A DNA stretch of 63,941 bases, counting the filler, from Globobulimina sp. (lineage: Eukaryota), in assembly GCA_003354225.1 (NCBI GenBank). It is 11 parts of 11 records of this genome, joined end to end, with 100 filler letters (N's around TTAATTAATTAA, not from the genome) between each part and the next. Parts side by side here need not be neighbours in the genome. Positions count along the whole stretch, not along the records: positions 1 to 5,746 come from PIVH01000452.1; positions 5,847 to 11,590 come from PIVH01000453.1; positions 11,691 to 17,428 come from PIVH01000454.1; 8 more parts are not named here. One strand, 5' to 3'. The translations under genes were made by a program, and so were the position numbers. Shown piece after piece: positions 1 to 13,139 of the stretch. Position 1 is the stretch's first letter, and each line of letters starts with the position of its first letter. The notes under the pieces are model-generated. The model worked only from the letters and a program-made list of their open reading frames with translations. It searched no databases and had not been told where the DNA came from.

Positions 1-142
1 TCCTCCCCTATCTTCTACATCTATTAATGATGTACTTTCATCTTCAAATTCTTTCTCATGGTTCTTAAAATGCGATAAAGAAAGCGGGTGAAATTTGTGT
101 GGAGTTCTTTTAGCTATCATGACTATTGACTTAATTGTTTTT

Positions 143-340
143 TTATCTATTGTAAGTAGTACTTGTTCTTTCAGGATCGCTACACATACAAGGAGTTTCA
201 CTACAAGCACCACAGGTTTCTACAGAATAAGGATCATATCCTTCAGCTGAATTTGCTTCCGCTTCGAGTGCCGCTTCATCCCATTTCCTCTCTCTTTCAT
301 TCTCAATCTGAAAATCAACATATTCCCAACATTCTTTAAA
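143..340 (-). CDS. 5'-truncated small acidic ORF with a Cys cluster (CGACSETPCMC), possibly of prokaryotic or phage origin
   Basis: Manual translation FKECWEYVDFQ...CGACSETPCMCSDPERTSTTYNR*. A second ORF (ATG at 120) starts 22 nt downstream and runs off the window. No introns. Confidence 0.35.
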   Translation of the reverse strand, partial: FKECWEYVDFQIENERERKWDEAALEAEANSAEGYDPYSVETCGACSETPCMCSDPERTSTTYNR

Positions 341-341
341 T

Positions 342-3300
342 TATTCCAACTATATTTATTACAAAATAATGAGTGATGATTTCAATAAAATTACAAACAA
401 TATCTGGCAAAAAGCATCAACACCGAATATGTCTAACATTGAGTGTAATGGCCAATGTTATTCCGTGTTGGATAACAAAATATTTATTTTTAATTCTCCA
501 TTGTTAGTTATATACAATATGCAGTCATTCAATTTCATGGACCCTGCTTCCTATCAATCCGACTCAATTTATCCGTATCGTGGAGCCTGTGTTGCCAGTG
601 ATGGTTGGAATATTTTTCTTGTTGGTGGTGACTGTGAAAACTGTTTCACATATCGTACAATTCAAATATACGATTTATTCGCAGATGTTTGGGAAGAATC
701 AAACCATTCTTTATTAATTGGCAGATCCTATTCGGGATGTTTAGTTTCTGCAAACGGCTCATTTTTATATATATTCGGCGGTTACTCCCAAAAACATGAT
801 ATATTAGAAACAAAAATCACTGATACCATTGAAGAATATGATATTTTAAGGTATGTCTGCTTTGCTATTTAATTTCTTTGCTATTCAGTTATTGCATTAC
901 CTTAATATAAGCCAACAAGTTTCATTATTAACCATCACAATGTTGCATAAAAGGATTCAGCACTTTGTCATTTCAAACGTATTTTATCGCAGTGTGATGA
1001 TAATTGTTGGCGGCTATGATGGATATTACAATATAATACCACAAATAGAATTGTTTTATTATAACACTGCTCGCATTCTTTACCATAACAATATGTCCAA
1101 TGATGTGGTCCAATTTGCACCGTTTTTAACAAGTAACATGTTTGGTATTACTGGCGGCATTGACTCATTATCACAATCTGTAAATACATTGTTTTACTAT
1201 GAAAGCAGTGCAGTTCCATGCAATAATTATGCGTGGTGTTATTACGCAGATATCTATCCCTCCATAAATGAGTGGACCACAAACGTTACAGCCTCAATAG
1301 AATACGATTCATTCTCCGATGCATACATAGATATTCATTTTAATATTCATAGCAACGACTGTTTCAATCCAGCCTTTACATTTGATTTTGAATTATTAGA
1401 TTACAATTATGAGGAGAAATACATTCAAATCTTTGATACGAATGGCATAGAAATCACTAAATGTATCGGTCCCTCGTTCCCAGTTTGTAATAAATTCACA
1501 AAATGTATCACGAATTGCAATATTCAACCAAATAAAATCGAAGCAGACAGTGTTTATAAAATATCCTTGTATTTGCCAGGCAATGTGACCGCAGCATGTG
1601 CATTAGCTTTGAAATTAAATGCCCGATTAACTTTGTCATGTTTTGTCCAAACCCAACCTAAAATAAGTGAGTGTCATCCAGGATTGAATGCCTTTGTGGA
1701 CGATTATATGTTTTGTGGCGATGTTGTTTATGGTAAGCCGCAATCCATTGTGTATTCAACAGTGATAAACCAACCACTCAAAGAATTACAGATCAGTTCT
1801 TGTGGAACTACCTATGACACTGTTTTATATCTGTACATTCGCTCAGAAACTGCTGGTCATTTGGCACAATTTTATGATTACTGCGATGACTGTGGGAATT
1901 GCACGGAGCAATATAGTGAACAGTTGATATTATACGATGTTCCCGCAGGGGTTTACTACATTGAACTGGCTCATTATGATACAAGTTTTACAGCAAACGA
2001 TTTGTGGATCCTCTCTCTGGATTGCAATAACCAAACATCCAAACCATTGGTTAATTATTCCATAATTCCACACAAACAAACTCCCTCTTCTTCGCAATGG
2101 ACCACTTTATTAAACATTAAAATGCCACAAACGCTGTTTGCGCACGTTATGGCGTATTGGAATGATTCAATTTATATCATTGGAGGCATATACTCCCCAA
2201 AGAGTAACAGTGAAGCTCTGCTTCTTTCGTTCAAAGTATATTACCAGACCTACAATGCGAGCAATGTCAATAACTGGATGTATGTGGAAATACCGTCAAT
2301 ATACAAAATAGAATGTTGGGCGGATTGCTATGTACAGATTGACGGTTTAATTTACATAATGAATGTCAAAGTGATGAGCTGTCCATCAAATGAAGAATTC
2401 ACATTATATATCTACAATTTATCAGCTTTGGCATTTGTGGATTTATCCAGCTATAAATCAAAACTCTCCGCCACATTGTTTGCGTTTTTCGCGGGCGAAT
2501 ATTGTGTGCCCGCCTGTCTCACCACAAACAAAACGCATATTTTCATGGTATTTGTGCAGGAAATTGTTATTTACGATGTTGTATTGGACGAATACAGTTC
2601 GATAACTTTTGGAAGTCCATTATTTGCCGCATCCGCCTGCAGTATCGACGTTGCATTGCAATCGATTTATATAATGGGCGGAATATATGATGGTCAGAAA
2701 ATATATAAATACGATCTAGAAAATAATATATTAACATTGCTAATTGAGGAATCTGTGCTAAATCAATACAATTCGCGTATAGTAACAACAAATGATAATT
2801 ATATGGTTGTGTTTGGCGGTCTGCATTACAATGATGACTATTTACAGCAAGCTCTGAGTACCGGCTATATTGGCTATGCTATGGAGGGCGGTGATACCAC
2901 AGATCTTTATCGCAGTGTTGTCTTTGATGCCAATACAAATACTTTTTTTAATTTAACAATGGATGATTATTATCCATATGCTGCGTATCTATACGATGCA
3001 AATAACAATGTAATTCTTAGAAGTGGTGGCTGGCAAAAAGCGTCGGTCCATGAATATAAAGACACATTATTTTCAGTGCAGATGTTTAATGCTATGGACA
3101 TATCCACGCATATATTATTTGCTATTAATCACACAATCAGCCCAGGAAATAATTTAATGATTAATTATACTGTAATCGGTCCCAAATCTGTGGAATTTAT
3201 GCAATATCCCCTACAGATTCAATTGTATTCAAATGTTCTGAGTGTTGATGCTGTAATGGTCATACCATCTGATCATGAATGTACTATTTGTGCTGTAAAT

Positions 3301-4482
3301 TGTGTTGCTTGCTCCTTTGGTTTATTTGTACAGATTTCGTCAGCAAATATGATTGGAAATCAGTACAATATTTCCACCCATGCGACCTCTGCGGGATTAC
3401 TATGTGACAATGATTTAATTTTAAGCATAACAACCTGCCAAACTGGTTATAAATTGAATGAAAATGCATCCGCTGTGAACTGTGTCAAAGCTCTCACAAA
3501 ACAACAGATTGCAACAATTGTCGGTACGGCATTCGGTGTCTTGTTTGTTATCCTTTGTGCTGCGATGATATTTGTACGGCATGAATATATGCGGGGAACC
3601 TTTATTGTGGATAAAACCTTGGTGCTATTGATTGGAATCAGTGAATTTGAGGAGAAGACCAAAAATCTGCATGGTGTGAAACAAAATATCGTTGATTTAG
3701 TACATCTGTGGAGGGAATGCTACCATTACAAAGTGGAAGTTTGTCCGCCATATAGCAGTAAAACAGAGGTACAAAACTTTATTGATGCACACAAATATAA
3801 AATAGAAAAGAAAAATTGTGTGATTGTACACGTGATATCACATGGCGGAGAGGATTATTTTGAGACATCTGACTCGAAACTAATATATGTTGACTTCATC
3901 AAACATGAATTAATATCGGCATCGGAATTTGTTAAAAATAGAAATTTGATAAAATTAATATTCCATCATGCTTGCAGAGGGGATAAAGATTACAATATGC
4001 CAACTAAGAGAAAACACGATCCATTATTTGTTGAACAGGCAGTAAACAGAAATAATTCATGTTGCCGCAGTTGTCAATGTTGGAATAAGTCCCAATCACT
4101 GCCGGCATTGAAAAGCATTGAAATTGAAATTGAAATGGCAAGAAATAACAAACAAGCGAATATTTTGAATTTCAATAAGAATAATAATTACAGCAACAGT
4201 GAAGATAAAGTGTTTGAAGATAATTGTGCCACAATTTACGGCAATATTAAAGGTCGCGCACTGTCTGATCTCGGACATTTCACTAAATGCATCTGCCAGT
4301 CGTTTAAAAATAATTTAAAACAAACATTCAAACAAGATTTTAATGCGTTGGTTGCGGAGATTCGGCAAAATTTAAAACAAAAGACAAACAGTGCCGAAAT
4401 AATGCAAAAAGATGACACTATGCAATATTCTCGAATAAGATTTGAAATGTCTAAAAATATAACAAATAAACAGCACAAGTAA
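342..4482 (+). CDS. Type I membrane protein with Kelch-repeat ectodomain, one TM helix and a cytoplasmic caspase-like (peptidase C14) domain; 5' end missing
   Basis: ORFs 369 and 853 join through GT-AG intron 851-911. Kelch GG motifs, TM at about 3508-3576, ISHGG (His 3841) and IFHHACRG (Cys 3973). Confidence 0.8.
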
Positions 4483-4557
4483 ATATAGAACAAACTGATA
4501 CAGCAGTTGACATCTAATATTTTAGTTTTTGTTGAAAAAGTTTGAACCTTCCAAAAC

Positions 4558-5285
4558 ATGACCTCTTTAGTTTATGTCCTTATGCTATTTGCATGTATCC
4601 ACCTGGTACTGTCTGCTGCAGTCACTCAATTAACAGACACCTCATGGGACGAAACAATCACTACATCCGGTATTTGGATGGTTAAATTTTATGCACCGTA
4701 TGCCTGTTCAATAATTATTTTTTTTATCAACAACCCAACAAACCTCTCTATATAACCAGTTGGTGTGCTCATTGTAAGAAATATGCGCCAATTTTCCAGA
4801 AAACAGCAGAAATGACATCGCAAAATAACGGATATATTAAATTTGGGGAAATAGATTGTGACGCACATAAAATAACTTGTGGTGAGTATCATATTACTGG
4901 TTATCCGACCACATTATTATTATATAACGGCAAATTAATTGCAAATTATAAACAATAACGAAACTCTGCGGGCAGAATAAAATCATGGCTTCTGAAAAAT
5001 TTAAATCCTGCAAATTTGCGTGATGCGGATATGTTACATCCAGAGGACATTGAAACTATTACACAAATACCACAAGAATGGAACCGCAGGAAAGCACGCA
5101 ACAATCCACAAAGGAAAGCACATCAGAGACAATTGGGTGACTTATGGCAATTGAATGGATTCAACGACGCATATTATTATGTTTTGGGTGATATTCATCC
5201 AACGGTCCCATTCATTATATATTTAATAGGCACTTTATCGGGAATCATCATTGGTGTTAGTTTTGTTTTTTGTGCTGGGAATTGA
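4558..5285 (+). CDS. TMX/PDI-like thioredoxin membrane protein with one internal in-frame TAA
   Basis: Signal peptide. VKFYAP|WCAHCK is restored by intron 4698-4759. GYPT motif, C-terminal TM, TAA at 4956-4958. Confidence 0.8.
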
Positions 5286-5437
5286 AAACAAATTTAATTT
5301 ATTACACTTGTGCAAGGATAAAATATTTTGTTCAAATGAAAATTGTACAAGACACAGCATAAAAAAAACAGATCTGAATATGAAAAAAATAAATTTATAG
5401 TATAAACTACAAAAAAAAGCTGAACAAGACAATTAAA

Positions 5438-5746
5438 TTACTGTTTGTCATAAAGACCAGATTTTAATCCAAATTTTATTTCATCATCAGACAAACCCGA
5501 TGTTTCCTGCTCAGAATATTCAATTTCTGATTTATAAGTCTTTGATGGATGATACTTATTTAACGCAGACACCGTATGCAAATTTTTCGATAAATTCAAT
5601 AATGTCGCGAGTGATCTTGTTTTAAACGCTGTAAATTTGGCGTTCTCGTCATCAGTGATTGTATCACTTTGCTGCCCTTTGAATGAATAAAACATTTTAT
5701 ATTCAGAATTATCATTGCTTTCGTTCTCCTCCTCGTCCTCCTCACT
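5438..5746 (-). CDS. C-terminal fragment of an unknown protein
   Basis: ORF with an acidic upstream part running to the contig end. Confidence 0.4.
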   Translation of the reverse strand, partial: SEEDEEENESNDNSEYKMFYSFKGQQSDTITDDENAKFTAFKTRSLATLLNLSKNLHTVSALNKYHPSKTYKSEIEYSEQETSGLSDDEIKFGLKSGLYDKQ

Positions 5747-5846
5747 NNNNNNNNNNNNNNNNNNNNNNNNNNNNNNNNNNNNNNNNNNNNTTAATTAATT
5801 AANNNNNNNNNNNNNNNNNNNNNNNNNNNNNNNNNNNNNNNNNNNN
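5747..5846. other. Artificial contig spacer (N44-TTAATTAATTAA-N44)
   Basis: Identical spacers at 11591-11690, 17429-17528, 23254-23353, 29076-29175, 34898-34997, 40709-40808, 46519-46618, 52327-52426 and 58135-58234. The core has stops in all six frames. Confidence 0.99.
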
Positions 5847-5944
5847 ACTTTAACATAATAATTACACACTCAAACACAATATGACATGACTAAATAATTA
5901 AGAATATGATAGTTACTGTATAATTAGCAATATATTGAGCTTAT

Positions 5945-6692
5945 TTAACATTTATGATAATCAAAACCACAGATCATAGCACTGATGAAATATATCACAA
6001 TTAAACAGACTAAAGCCAATATCAAAGTCATTTTAATATTTTTCCAAAGCATCCTATTCTTTAATTTCTTGGAATGCCGATTGAATTTCCTTGCTTGGTC
6101 GTCCAACTGATCTGATTTATGCACCAATAATTCGATCTTCTCACCGCGATCTAATACCTTCTCAATACTCTCCAAAACCGTATTCTTTGTCGACTCAATC
6201 TCTTCATTGATTTCATAGATTTTACTATCCGTTGACCGATAGGTTTTATTTCGTGGATCATTGGCCGCCTCCAATAATCTACGTATTACTCCTTGGAAAT
6301 CTGGATTAAATGAATAGGCGATGGCCGTTCTGGCTCTATCTCCAAATGTATCTGTTTGGATATACAATCATTTACAAACACGCGCAGATTCGCACACAGA
6401 ATAATATCGACATACCAACAAATTTATTTTTCATATCCTCTAAAAATCGAAATGGTATCATTCTACCAAATCCTTCATCAGCCATACAAAGATAAGTGAT
6501 GCCATCATCAACAATGTAATGAAATACGTATTTTTCTTTTGGATAGACATATGACATTATTTTATTTTCGGCTGGAATACGCTTTAATAACTGGCGTGTT
6601 ACTTGCTCAAAATTGCCTGTTCTTTCCGTATGTTCTGCTAAGACATCGCTTCCACGCGACACTAGTGCGTAAATTATTTGGTCATCTGACAT
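5945..6692 (-). CDS. VAMP7: Longin R-SNARE (VAMP7 family)
   Basis: Longin domain (IIYALVSRGSDVLAE), intron 6352-6415, synaptobrevin motif VLDRGEKIELLV, C-terminal TM. Confidence 0.92.
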
Positions 6693-6790
6693 TTTATGGA
6701 CTTTTTTTGGTTCACGTCGCGTGACAGAGTGAGCTGTATTGCAATAGCAGTTTTTTGTGTGGACTGATTTTTGAGTTTAGTTATATAATT

Positions 6791-7512
6791 ATGTATTCTT
6801 GGCATGTTTCTTTGTTCATATCATTAACATTTACAATCATCGACGGACAAAACGTCGCCAACACGTGTGAGTACCATTGTGATCAGGACGACGAAACTGC
6901 ATGGAATAAAAAAGGACATTTATTCACTTCTAATGGATGTGGTTCAATGGGTATTAAAGTTGGAGTTGATCCGCGAGTGGAACATTGTTGTGATACACAT
7001 GATGCTTGTTATGCTGGTTAAGTATTATTATAATAGTAATGTTATTATATTGTTGCATATTTAATTGTACAGTTTGTGGTATTTCAAGGGATTTTTGTGA
7101 CTCTCAATTTAATAAATGCATAGTTAAAGGATGTGGTAACGATGAAGACTGTGCATCTTCGGCTGCTATGCTGACATTCGGTGCTTCAATATTTGGCTGC
7201 GAGCCATTCTTACAAACTCAACGGGAATCATGTGATTGTTTGAAACGAAATGAGTTCGATAAAAGAGTTATGGAGACATTGAAGGAACTGTATGACAAAT
7301 TGGATGATGCGAATAAGAAAACAGAACAAGAATTGCAAGAAATTCAGCACAAATATAAAGGAAAAGAAGATAGATTAATTAATAATATTTTGAAAAAATA
7401 CCCAAAGAACTTGATCGAAATGGAAGACATGGCTCAAAATAGGAATCATAACAACAGAAAAAGAAAGAAAAAGAAAAAGAGAAAGAAAAAGAGATATAAG
7501 TCAGATTTGTAA
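6791..7512 (+). CDS. PLA2G12: Group XII secretory phospholipase A2-like protein
   Basis: Signal peptide, NGCGS, CCDTHDACY|VCG across intron 7017-7072, QRESCDC, C-terminal KSDL. Confidence 0.85.
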
Positions 7513-7779
7513 AAGGATGTGTAATGATAACTAATGATTGACTTTATCAATGAAAGAATCTAAACATTAACAAAATGTCACAAATACATTATTTGATTTG
7601 TTTCTGTTCAAATTGAACTCTTCGGATTTTTACGGATTACAACGCATTTATTCAAGCTGCTTTTAATCCATAACGAGTTCTTAAATAAACCATTCTGATT
7701 TTATGCGTGCAAAATCCAGCATTAAAAACAATTTTCAAAGTAAGAAAAACTTTATATCAGAAAATAAGCAACACTGAGC

Positions 7780-10700
7780 ATGGCTTTACTATTAGCAATT
7801 ATTTACGTGATATATACGACATTTACAAGCAGTCAAACATTATGGGTTTATGATGCAACATCCTTTCGTGTAGTACCCGACGCAACAACATCACTCAGTG
7901 ATGGCAAAAGTGTCCCTTCAACCAGTGGAGGTTCGTTAACCTTAAGTCAATGCGAAGATGAATGCATTTCTCGTGGTTTTCTATGTTTATCATTCACATG
8001 GAATGGTGATATCACATCATCCGCTTCTACATCCACCTGTAATATGTATAATACCCGATTTGGTTTCGCCAAAGGCGGACTCGACAAAGATACTGATGCC
8101 TTTGGTGAAGGCGACATTGTATATTTAGTATCCAAAGCAGGTAGCAATTATGCCGAAAAACCAATGGATTATTCTGACGTGTTAGGCGACCATTTGATTG
8201 CCAATGCATTGCGATTAAACAACAAACACTATTCCAACTATTTAAATCAGCAGAACAATGCCTTTGATTATCAACAGTTTTTATTATATTACAGAGCGGG
8301 CACACCGGGCTATGTAAACAATTCCCAATCCAATAGCAAATATTCCATAATTAAAGAAGTCTCTGTTGCCGACGCCGAAGAATGTGCCAAACATTGCACC
8401 CGAAATAGAGGCGCCATCGATGAAGAATTGGGTACACGATGTGTATCATTTAATTATCGCAACAGGTTTTTATCGCAACATTTAATTATCCCCAAAAAAT
8501 AATTCCAAACTATAATATGTATACATTACACACAGTGATAAGATTTGTCATTTATTAACGTTTTCATTGGACGCCAGTGGCTATAACATCGACGGGCTGC
8601 CCTCTCAAAGCGACCTCGAAGAGTACTCCAACGACTGGTTTTATTACGAAGGTTTGGTGGGCGTTGGTTGCTGGATCGTGCAGGGACAGTGCCGCAAATG
8701 GGACGATGCCGACTATGTCTCGCAGCAAGAAGGCCAAGGCAACACATTCACTGTGGGCCAACACATCGGCGTCATCCGTGAGTACGCATACGATCCCGTT
8801 TGTAGTCGCTGCTCCAACACTGCTGATTGGACGCATGAATTTGAGTATATTTGCTTGGCCAAAGCGCGCGAATACCACGAGGATTATTGCGATAATGACG
8901 CGGATCAAGCCACTGTGGCCTATTGGGCGCAAGATGGAGCCGGCACCGCTGAGATCTGGAACTCGTGGGATTTAACGGAAGGCTGCGTCATCGACTTGCG
9001 CGGTTTTGAGTGCATTCCAGACCAATCTAAGTATAATTATACCGTACCATTTCCCAATACGCGCTTCGAGGGCAAGAAATTCCGCGACAGTATCGGCGAG
9101 GTGGAGTTTTCCGCCATTGTGGAGAAGGCCTATTGTTGGTTGCGGGCGGCGTCGTGGTATGAGTATTGCGAGCTTGCCGGACAGGCAGTGGATGGGAACA
9201 CGGTGTATTTGAATGTAACGTGGCCGTCGGACGGCTCGTTTTATTTGGAGCCTGCGATTGCGTGCCAATGTGATGAGTATGGTATGAAGATTGAGAAGGA
9301 TTTTGGTCTGGTGCGCGAATACTGCACTAGGGACAGCACGGAGCCGTTTTGTTATAGGGAGAAGCAGGAGAATTACTGGAATGAGCCGGATATTCTATGC
9401 GACGATTTGTCCACGGGGTCCACTTGCGACACTGGCGGGGCGAACGGTATGATATTAAGTAAATTGTGTTGTTTTCCAGCGGTGATTGTGTTTATGTTTA
9501 TGTTTTTTGTTTGAATGCATATAGGTACCGGATGTTATTTATTCTATCCACAGCCGGTCACGATGGAGAGGAGGGCATTGACCTATCACTGTGGCGGAGG
9601 GAGATATAACTTCGACGCCGAGACCTTTACGGAAGTGAACAGCATCTTTTATAGAGAGGTAATGTGTGACGAACAAAATGTAAACGCGGACTGCGGTGCG
9701 TGGAGCAGTGAGGTTTGTGGCGAGTTGGCAGAGGCCATCCATAATGAATGCGGCAATGGTTTGGAAGAGTCATCTGAGCAAATTATTGTATGGTATCGCC
9801 CAACTGGCGAAGTTATGACCTTTCCCAGCTTCGCCAAACCGTTTGAAACCACAGTAACACGGGGGTTCAAACCCGCTGCCGCATACTGGGAGGATACCAG
9901 GACGGCCATCATCGACTATATGCCCATTCGAAATGGCAGATGGCAGACCTGGAAGCCTACAGAAGCTGGGAATTTGCGACAATTGGATGTGTTGTATCGC
10001 AACAACGTGACGTCCGACTTGACCTGCACTATTTGGAGCGGTGTGGGCATCACAAAATCTGTGTTCTTGAATCAAGTGACTATGTCCGTAGAGGCCACAG
10101 AGGCCACGTTTGTGCGCTTCCCGCTGGATAACATCACGCTGACCGCCGGGGATACGTATACCTGGCAAGTGACCTCGTTTTCGTACGACCCCAATTGGCC
10201 GGGAGACTTAGGCTTTATTCGCGGCAACGGATATTCGAACGGCGTGGGGGACTTGGCCTGGGATTACGAGTTTATTGCGTGGGTCGAAGGGCAGTTGGAA
10301 ACCGACCCTGATATGTTGTCGTTGGATGTGGTGGAGACAGCGACCAGGCCATGGTTCGAGATCTGGTGTATTATGATCATCATATTGTTCCTAATATTCA
10401 TGGTATTTCTGTGTATATTGCATTGGAAACGAAAGTATGATGAGGAGCAGGAACGGAAAGAAGATAAAAAATTCCAAGCTGAGCTTCGACAACGTGCCAT
10501 GTTGCAAGCAGAGGCGGAGAGAAATGCGAAGAATCCGGCGGAAGACGAGGCGGATTATGATGAATATGAGGATGGTGATGGTGTAGATGCGGAATCAGTG
10601 TCGGATTATAGCGAAAGAGAGGCGAAATTTCGAGATGAAGAGGATATGAGTGAGCCGGATGAGTATGGTGATGAAGAGTTGAAAGCGAAGCAAACTGGGA

Positions 10701-10882
10701 ACTTATTGGGTGCGCCAGGCGATGATAAGTACGGTAGAGTCAAATCGTACTCAAAGAATGAGATGCCCGGTGAAGAGGATGAGCGAGGGGACGGGTATCA
10801 GGATGAAGAGACTAGGACGAAAAAAAAGAAAAGGAAAAAGAAAAAAAAGAAACATCAAGATGCTGATTATGAAGAATATTAA
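7780..10882 (+). CDS. Large Cys-rich type I membrane protein with PAN/apple-like domains and an acidic cytoplasmic tail
   Basis: Three ORFs joined in frame by introns 8466-8535 and 9447-9524. Signal peptide, two C-x3-C...C-x-SF motifs, TM near 10360-10425. Confidence 0.75.
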
Positions 10883-11084
10883 TGTTTACTAATTATTTTA
10901 GTAGTAGTTTTTTGTTTGTTTTTTTGGTATGGGTCCGTATTAGCATTGTTTATCTTGTATACAGTTTTCGTTCGATATCCTTAGAAAATGCCCGTCAGCC
11001 AAGCCCACACTCTGTGGCTTTGTAATCAAACACAGTGATGAAGTTCAAATAATATTTTACAACCGCGTTATAAATAAATTTGAG

Positions 11085-11590
11085 TCATTTAACAACAGTA
11101 TAATGTTCTTTGAAGACATTCTTGAAATAAGAAATCCTTTCCACTGCCCACAGAACAACCGCACCAAACAATGCACCACTCACAAACCACCATAAACCAA
11201 CTCCGTAATTTGTATTGGAATGAACATGATTTATTCTTACATTTTCATCCTCTACACCCACTCCAACAATCTTCTTCGTTGCAAAATAATCACCAGTGAC
11301 ATTTGAACAATATACTTCCCACTCCTTTAAAGGCATTGCCATTCCATTCAATGTCTCAATCAATACATTCAAATTGCATAACGTCGACGTACCATTAAAA
11401 TAATCATCTTGACATCCCGGAAATGCTATAAACTTTCCCATTTTAGTAATTCTAAACAAATATCCATAACAACCGGCTCTTGAATATATCTCAACATTTA
11501 CTAAATTTGCGTAAACCGGTTCTATCCCATCACTCAAACCCAACGCAATCATAAAATATAAAGTAGATATTCCTCGAGTCGAATGAAACA
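11085..11590 (-). CDS. C-terminal fragment of an unknown tail-anchored membrane protein
   Basis: ORF open toward the contig end, with a hydrophobic C-terminal helix. Confidence 0.45.
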
Positions 11591-12012
11591 NNNNNNNNNN
11601 NNNNNNNNNNNNNNNNNNNNNNNNNNNNNNNNNNTTAATTAATTAANNNNNNNNNNNNNNNNNNNNNNNNNNNNNNNNNNNNNNNNNNNNTGTTTCAGAC
11701 ATACAGTTTCTAACTTTCTATGGACCAAAGTGAGCTACGTAGTGTTATTTTCGATGAACAAAAAAGAACTATTAACAAACACAACACACAGAATAGATAA
11801 AATATTATTACAATATTATTGTGTCGGAAATATATGCGAATTATATATATAGTTTATAACTTCAATGGTAATAAACCTGCAGTAGATATACTACAATTTC
11901 GTTGTTTTTGATAATAATGTCATTAATTTGTAGTTTAGTGTCGATAAAATCTGCAATTTCTTTGTTGTTTGAATAAAATATTTTGTATGATTGCAGATAT
12001 TATATAAATATG

Positions 12013-12963
12013 TTAGTTTATAATACTGATATACGGATTTTGTAATGGCTTTTCATTATTTTTTGCACAGAACATTGAAACACATAAATGACAACATTTA
12101 CAAAAACGAAGATATTTGTCGTAATTTACATTTATAACCAGCCATAATACGATAATGTTTATTGTTGCGGCACACACTCTGATCATATATGCAATGATTA
12201 AAAGAGGAACAACACTCTGTGGATTAAACGATGGCAATGGTATTGTATACGAGCAATACAATAAAAAAGCAAAATATATTTGATTTGAAAAGATCGCCGC
12301 ACTAAATAATACAATGTGTTTTGATAAAACATTGGATAAATTCTGATAAATGACAATTTTTACGTCAATATCAACGATCGTTTTTCTCATTTGATAAATA
12401 AATATAACAAATAAACTGCTATTTAATACACCGTCAGTAATACTTAACGGAAACACCGCATATTTTAAATGTTGGGCAAACGCAACAGCGCGGCGGTCAG
12501 CGCTGCCATGCAAGTTATAATAAACTATAATAACACAGTAAGCCATAGACGCCAACATTGAGATAACAATAACCAATGACAAGAACAATGCCACGCATTT
12601 GTGTAACTGGAATGCGTTATAAATGCGTGACAACAAAAGCATATAAAATATTGTGTTGCCAATAAAATATAGGCCATCATTCGCTGTTAATAACAAAAGT
12701 TCATTTTGAAGATACACAATTTCATTTGGAAAATCTATAAATCGAATGATTATATGCGATAAATCACCAATAGCACATATTGTTAAAGTTGATATGGATA
12801 TTATGGTTAGATTTCGATATAATACGGTGATTGATTCTAAATCATTGCGACACAATTGATAATATGTTATAACACAAATAACAATGGATATAAGTGCCCA
12901 TGTTCCAATCCAACACATTCCACCGACATAATATTCAGTACGAGTAATGTACATTGGCTTCAA
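12013..12963 (-). CDS. Multi-pass (about 7TM) GPCR-like membrane protein
   Basis: About 7 hydrophobic segments and a Cys-rich tail (FCKCCHLC). Confidence 0.6.
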   Translation of the reverse strand: MKPMYITRTEYYVGGMCWIGTWALISIVICVITYYQLCRNDLESITVLYRNLTIISISTLTICAIGDLSHIIIRFIDFPNEIVYLQNELLLLTANDGLYFIGNTIFYMLLLSRIYNAFQLHKCVALFLSLVIVISMLASMAYCVIIVYYNLHGSADRRAVAFAQHLKYAVFPLSITDGVLNSSLFVIFIYQMRKTIVDIDVKIVIYQNLSNVLSKHIVLFSAAIFSNQIYFAFLLYCSYTIPLPSFNPQSVVPLLIIAYMIRVCAATINIIVLWLVINVNYDKYLRFCKCCHLCVSMFCAKNNEKPLQNPYISIIN

Positions 12964-13139
12964 AAAGAGATTTTTGGACTAGTCTGATATATATCAGGTT
13001 GTATAATTATATCAGTGGATATGATGAAGCCTATGATGGAGGATATCATATTGAACATATATACAAAGAATATTAGACACACATAAAAAAAAATAACTAA
13101 TGCCATCATGGCATGGAAGACTGTACAATTACAAATATA

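Noticed and set aside
9512-9517. TGA readthrough or selenocysteine between ORFs 8567 and 9515
   Set aside because: The TGA lies inside a canonical 78-nt GT-AG intron (9447-9524).
8526-10500. Many overlapping antisense and alternative-frame ORFs
   Set aside because: They are shadow ORFs of a GC-richer coding region and have no motifs.
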